A stretch of 64,000 nucleotides of DNA from Hamiltosporidium tvaerminnensis FI-OER-3-3. Its lineage: Eukaryota > Fungi > Microsporidia. The DNA lies in NCBI GenBank assembly GCA_022605425.2, contig CM061254.1, positions 62,001 to 126,000 of the forward strand, in the 5' to 3' direction. A model generated the notes under the pieces. The model saw only the letters and a list, made by a program, of their open reading frames with translations. It searched no databases and was not told where the DNA came from. Positions 60,353 through 64,000 of this stretch are shown here, one piece after another (position 1 is the stretch's first letter; every line of letters begins with the position of its first letter). The position numbers and the translations under genes are program-made.

Positions 60353-60649
60353 ATGATGTGTTCGTTTGTATTTTACATATTATATTGCTGTGTCTTATGC
60401 ACAACCGATTACAATATTAATACTACTGCTAATGCCCATGTTAATTCTAATGTAAATGTTAATGATATGTATAAATTAGAAAAGTTTATTTCCTTGTGTG
60501 ATAATAGTGTTTATCAATCTTTTTTTGATATTAGTACTGTGCCAAAGTGGGCTGTTATAGAAAAAATCGCTTATGTAGCTACGAATCCAACGCCCCGGGA
60601 AAGTAATATAAATGATCAAATTGAGGAATACGGTAATCAATTTAATTGA
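60353..60649 (+). CDS. Small secreted-type hypothetical protein
   Basis: ATG start, hydrophobic/Cys N-terminus MMCSFVFYILYCCVLC, and tataaat upstream. Confidence 0.5.
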   Translation: MMCSFVFYILYCCVLCTTDYNINTTANAHVNSNVNVNDMYKLEKFISLCDNSVYQSFFDISTVPKWAVIEKIAYVATNPTPRESNINDQIEEYGNQFN

Positions 60650-62683
60650 GCATAGACTAAAAAAGAGAGCAATTCATAAGAATTTGCAGCTTAGAAAGGT
60701 ATATATGGAACAATGATTTAGTAAATAAATAAAAGTCTATTGATTTATTTTATAAAGATTTTAAATTCAGTGTGTCTATTTGACTCAATAATTTATAAGT
60801 ATTTTTTAAGAAAATTTTTGATAATTAATAGCAGAATAAATCGATAAAAAAATTGATTTGATGATTTATTTTTTTCTATTTTTTTTTATCCAAATCAGTA
60901 GTAAATTTACCGATTAGGTCTTTATAAATTTATATTTTGTATAAAATATTCTGTCCCAAAAAAATATCGCCTTTCAAATATTTTTCATTTTGATGTTTAC
61001 CACTATATTCTAAAAACTCTTTCAAAAGACAGTTGAGTATAATGACGCTTAAGTTGTATTACTGAAATAATTACACTATATTAGGAAATAAAGCTTTTAG
61101 TATCTAGAGATTTAGTGAATAAATATATTAAAATTATATAAAGAGTTTTTTCTTCTATTTCACACAAAAAAATTTAGCTTTTAAAATTAAAATAGCAGAT
61201 TATTCATTTACTTTTTACATATTAACTATATTTTATAAATTAATATTTCAAATAACTTAAATGAAGTAAAAAGCTGGTAACTTTAAAAACTTGTTATCTA
61301 AATGTATTTATTATTGAAAATAATAAGAAACCTTAAATTTTTAAGAATAAAATGTTAAAATTGCTTTAGAAGCTTATTTCATAAACAATTTGTGTTAAAA
61401 AATGTCTTAACTTCTGTTAAGACACACATGTTTAATAGTATTGCTTATAACTACTGTAAATCTATAGTTGAATGCCATAAAACTTTTTTAGATATATAGG
61501 TTTATAAAGACTATTATTCTTGGCTTCGAGACTTTTTTCTAAGTTGTAGTTCTTTTTTATTATAAAGTATTTTTTATATTGCTTCATAGTAGGACAAAAT
61601 AAAGTATTATATTTGGCAAGGTAATGATATACATATATGTGTTTAGCTAAAGAACATTTCCTCGATTTAAATTTTTTTTAGGATAAAGCTCTTGTATCGA
61701 TATAAGATATCCTTTTATTGAATTTAAACCAATGAATCAAATTAAATATTTTAAATTTTTGAAGTATATCCGATGTTTTAATTTAATTTATACGGTAATA
61801 AGAATTATATTTAAAAGTAAAAAAAACATTTGGAACATGTTTTACCGTTTTTTATTAATTAATTTGGTTAAATTTTCTACAGAACGCATGGAACTATAAG
61901 ATGAAGAAATTTTTGAAGGATAAATTAGGCAAATAAATGTCTATAATTAATCTTTAGTCATTGTATTTACCTTTATTTTTCTTTAGAATTTTAAATGTTT
62001 GTTTTTACCATAAACTTAAACATAGAACTATAACTTAATAATCAAATTATAGCTTTTTTGGCCAATCAAATTATTAAGCGATTTTTATATAATTTTATAA
62101 GACTTAATGTCAGAAAATAAGATGTAATTAGCTTTTTTGAATGTCTAGAGAATAAGTTGGCTTTTTTTCTTAAACATGGCTTTATTATTCTTGAATTGAA
62201 ATATTTATCGATTATATAAAAGCTAGTAATTCGTTTGAATTTTTAAGCTTAAGTGACTTATTTTATGATCTATAATATTGTATCGGTGGAAAAAATCGTT
62301 AAAAATATTTTTAACCGAATTTTGAAATGATTTACATCTAATACCCTTAGTATGATAAGATTTAATACTCCCTAAATACCCAAATTAAATTTCTTACATT
62401 TTACTTGTTTAGAAACAATTTATTCCTTTGGTTTTTACTCTATTATTTCAGCTCTAATGTTTTTATTGAAATTCCTTCTCACAAGAATATTGACTAAAAA
62501 AAGAAATTTAATTCAAAATATAATATAATCAAATTAGATCTACAACCATAGACCTTATTTTTATAATAAAAAAATCTTTTTAATATTTTTTAGATCATTT
62601 ATTTCTCTTTTTAGAATTTATTAATTAATAATTAAATTTTTACTACAATCATTCTAATATATAACCGATATAGTAGAATAGAA

Positions 62684-63199
62684 ATGATTTTGAAGCATTT
62701 TTTGGTTTTTTTTATGATTCTCAGATGTAAACCTTGTTTTTTTAATAAAAAAATAAAAAAAACGCCATTTAAAGTAAATCGAAATACCAATGATGACACA
62801 TATATCAAATTTGATACAGTTGATGACGATATTTCGTTCATTTCTCATGAAGAAAAGAATTTTAGATCTTTATGTAACAAGAGTAACGATGAACGAGCTT
62901 TATATCATGATAGCGTCTGTACAAATGAGTATAAAGGAAAATCATATAATCTTCAAGATAAATCCACACAGAAAGCCTTGTCCACCATATATGAAGAAAA
63001 GGAACTTAAAGATAAAACTGAAAGATCTGAAAATAAACCGGGAATGAGCAGTGTTGGCGAATATTTAAATAATATACACGATAGTTGTAAAGATGCATCT
63101 AATGATAGGCTTACAGATATTCTGCCTGATGCGTCTATAATTAGTGTAAATGATAACGACATTGATGAAAATGATATTCCATTTTATTCAAAGCTATAA
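62684..63199 (+). CDS. Small secreted-type orphan protein ending in SKL
   Basis: MILKHFLVFFMILRC hydrophobic start, hydrophilic body, ends FYSKL-stop. Confidence 0.7.
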   Translation: MILKHFLVFFMILRCKPCFFNKKIKKTPFKVNRNTNDDTYIKFDTVDDDISFISHEEKNFRSLCNKSNDERALYHDSVCTNEYKGKSYNLQDKSTQKALSTIYEEKELKDKTERSENKPGMSSVGEYLNNIHDSCKDASNDRLTDILPDASIISVNDNDIDENDIPFYSKL

Positions 63200-64000
63200 A
63201 TTTATATTAAGAAAACGAACCTACAGATAGTGAAAATAAAGCTGTATATTATAGAGAATGAATTATTCAAAAAACAAAAGTTAAATTATTTGCAATTATA
63301 TCTGATCATTTAATCTATATATTAAAAGACTTTCTAGTATATTTTCTAGAATTAAATATTATATTAAATCTTTGTATTTGTAATATAAGTTGATTATTCT
63401 TTTTAGATTATACATACAAACGATACACAAATTATATTTGCAAGTTTATCATCGAAATTAAACTATAAAAATAAAAAATTAGGATTAAGAAAATGCTACC
63501 TATATTCATCACACCAAAGTATAAATTATAACATAAAAAAGATCTTTTAAATTATCTTAATATGATATTAGCGATTGATATAATATCTAATAAATCAAAC
63601 TTTTTAGATTTTATTATATCAAAATTTATAAATAGAAGTAGATTCTATTTATTAAGTTATAAAAGATTAGTCTCAAATAAATATTTATCTTTCCAATATT
63701 TTTTAAAATATATTTTTTCTATATCTGATGTAGATGTGTTCTCTCATATTATTTTCTAATGAAAAAAAATATTAAAATGATTTAATTACAATTAAACAGA
63801 TAATTTTCCAGTATTTCTAAATAAAATATAAGTGAATATTAAATTAAATAGATAAATAAATATTTTTAAGTCAAAATATTTTCTATTTAGTCAATAAAAA
63901 TATATAGGAATTATAGATATATGGCAATTATCAATTGACTAGATACTTTTCTATTTTTAAAATCGTGCCTAAATTTTTCAAGTTCATATGATAAAAAACT

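Noticed and set aside
60600-60716. Short intron extending the 60353 ORF into an open +1 frame
   Set aside because: The two GT..AG candidates tested both lead to near-immediate stops.
6083-63759. Short F/I/L/K-rich ORFs (6083, 21023, 23245, 43321, 46447, 51026, 51417, 55176, 55426, 59148, 63562)
   Set aside because: Composition expected from random AT-rich DNA, often non-ATG starts, no motifs.

Overview
AT-rich, gene-sparse eukaryotic DNA that reads as a large-genome microsporidian. Hamiltosporidium-like is an inference from the divergent fungal-type housekeeping genes, CCC/GGG motifs before ATGs, orphan secreted proteins, an LRR gene and heavy TE load. Housekeeping genes: Ssn6/Cyc8-like TPR protein, RasGEF, thioredoxin reductase and poly(A) polymerase. 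Mobile DNA: three near-full-length RT + restriction-like-endonuclease (R4/Dong-like) non-LTR retrotransposons (two head-to-tail, all disrupted, mosaic), a fourth heavily decayed relative with no matching ORF in the track, a TTAA-flanked decayed piggyBac, RTE-type short retroposons, a Helitron 3' remnant, and a discrete ~690-bp non-coding element in at least three copies. Most interesting: (1) several secreted-type orphan proteins carry short motifs that would work in an animal host cell: an E1A-like PLDLS (CtBP) motif plus basic NLS on a possible BTB-LRR protein, a C-terminal CaaX, a C-terminal SKL and an NLS; (2) an AGGGTGTTA/TAACACCCT repeat floods ~7 kb, invades poly(A) polymerase in frame in both orientations, and flips strand at hairpins; (3) a candidate 29-nt intron joins two ORFs. 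All of this was read by eye; no searches were run.
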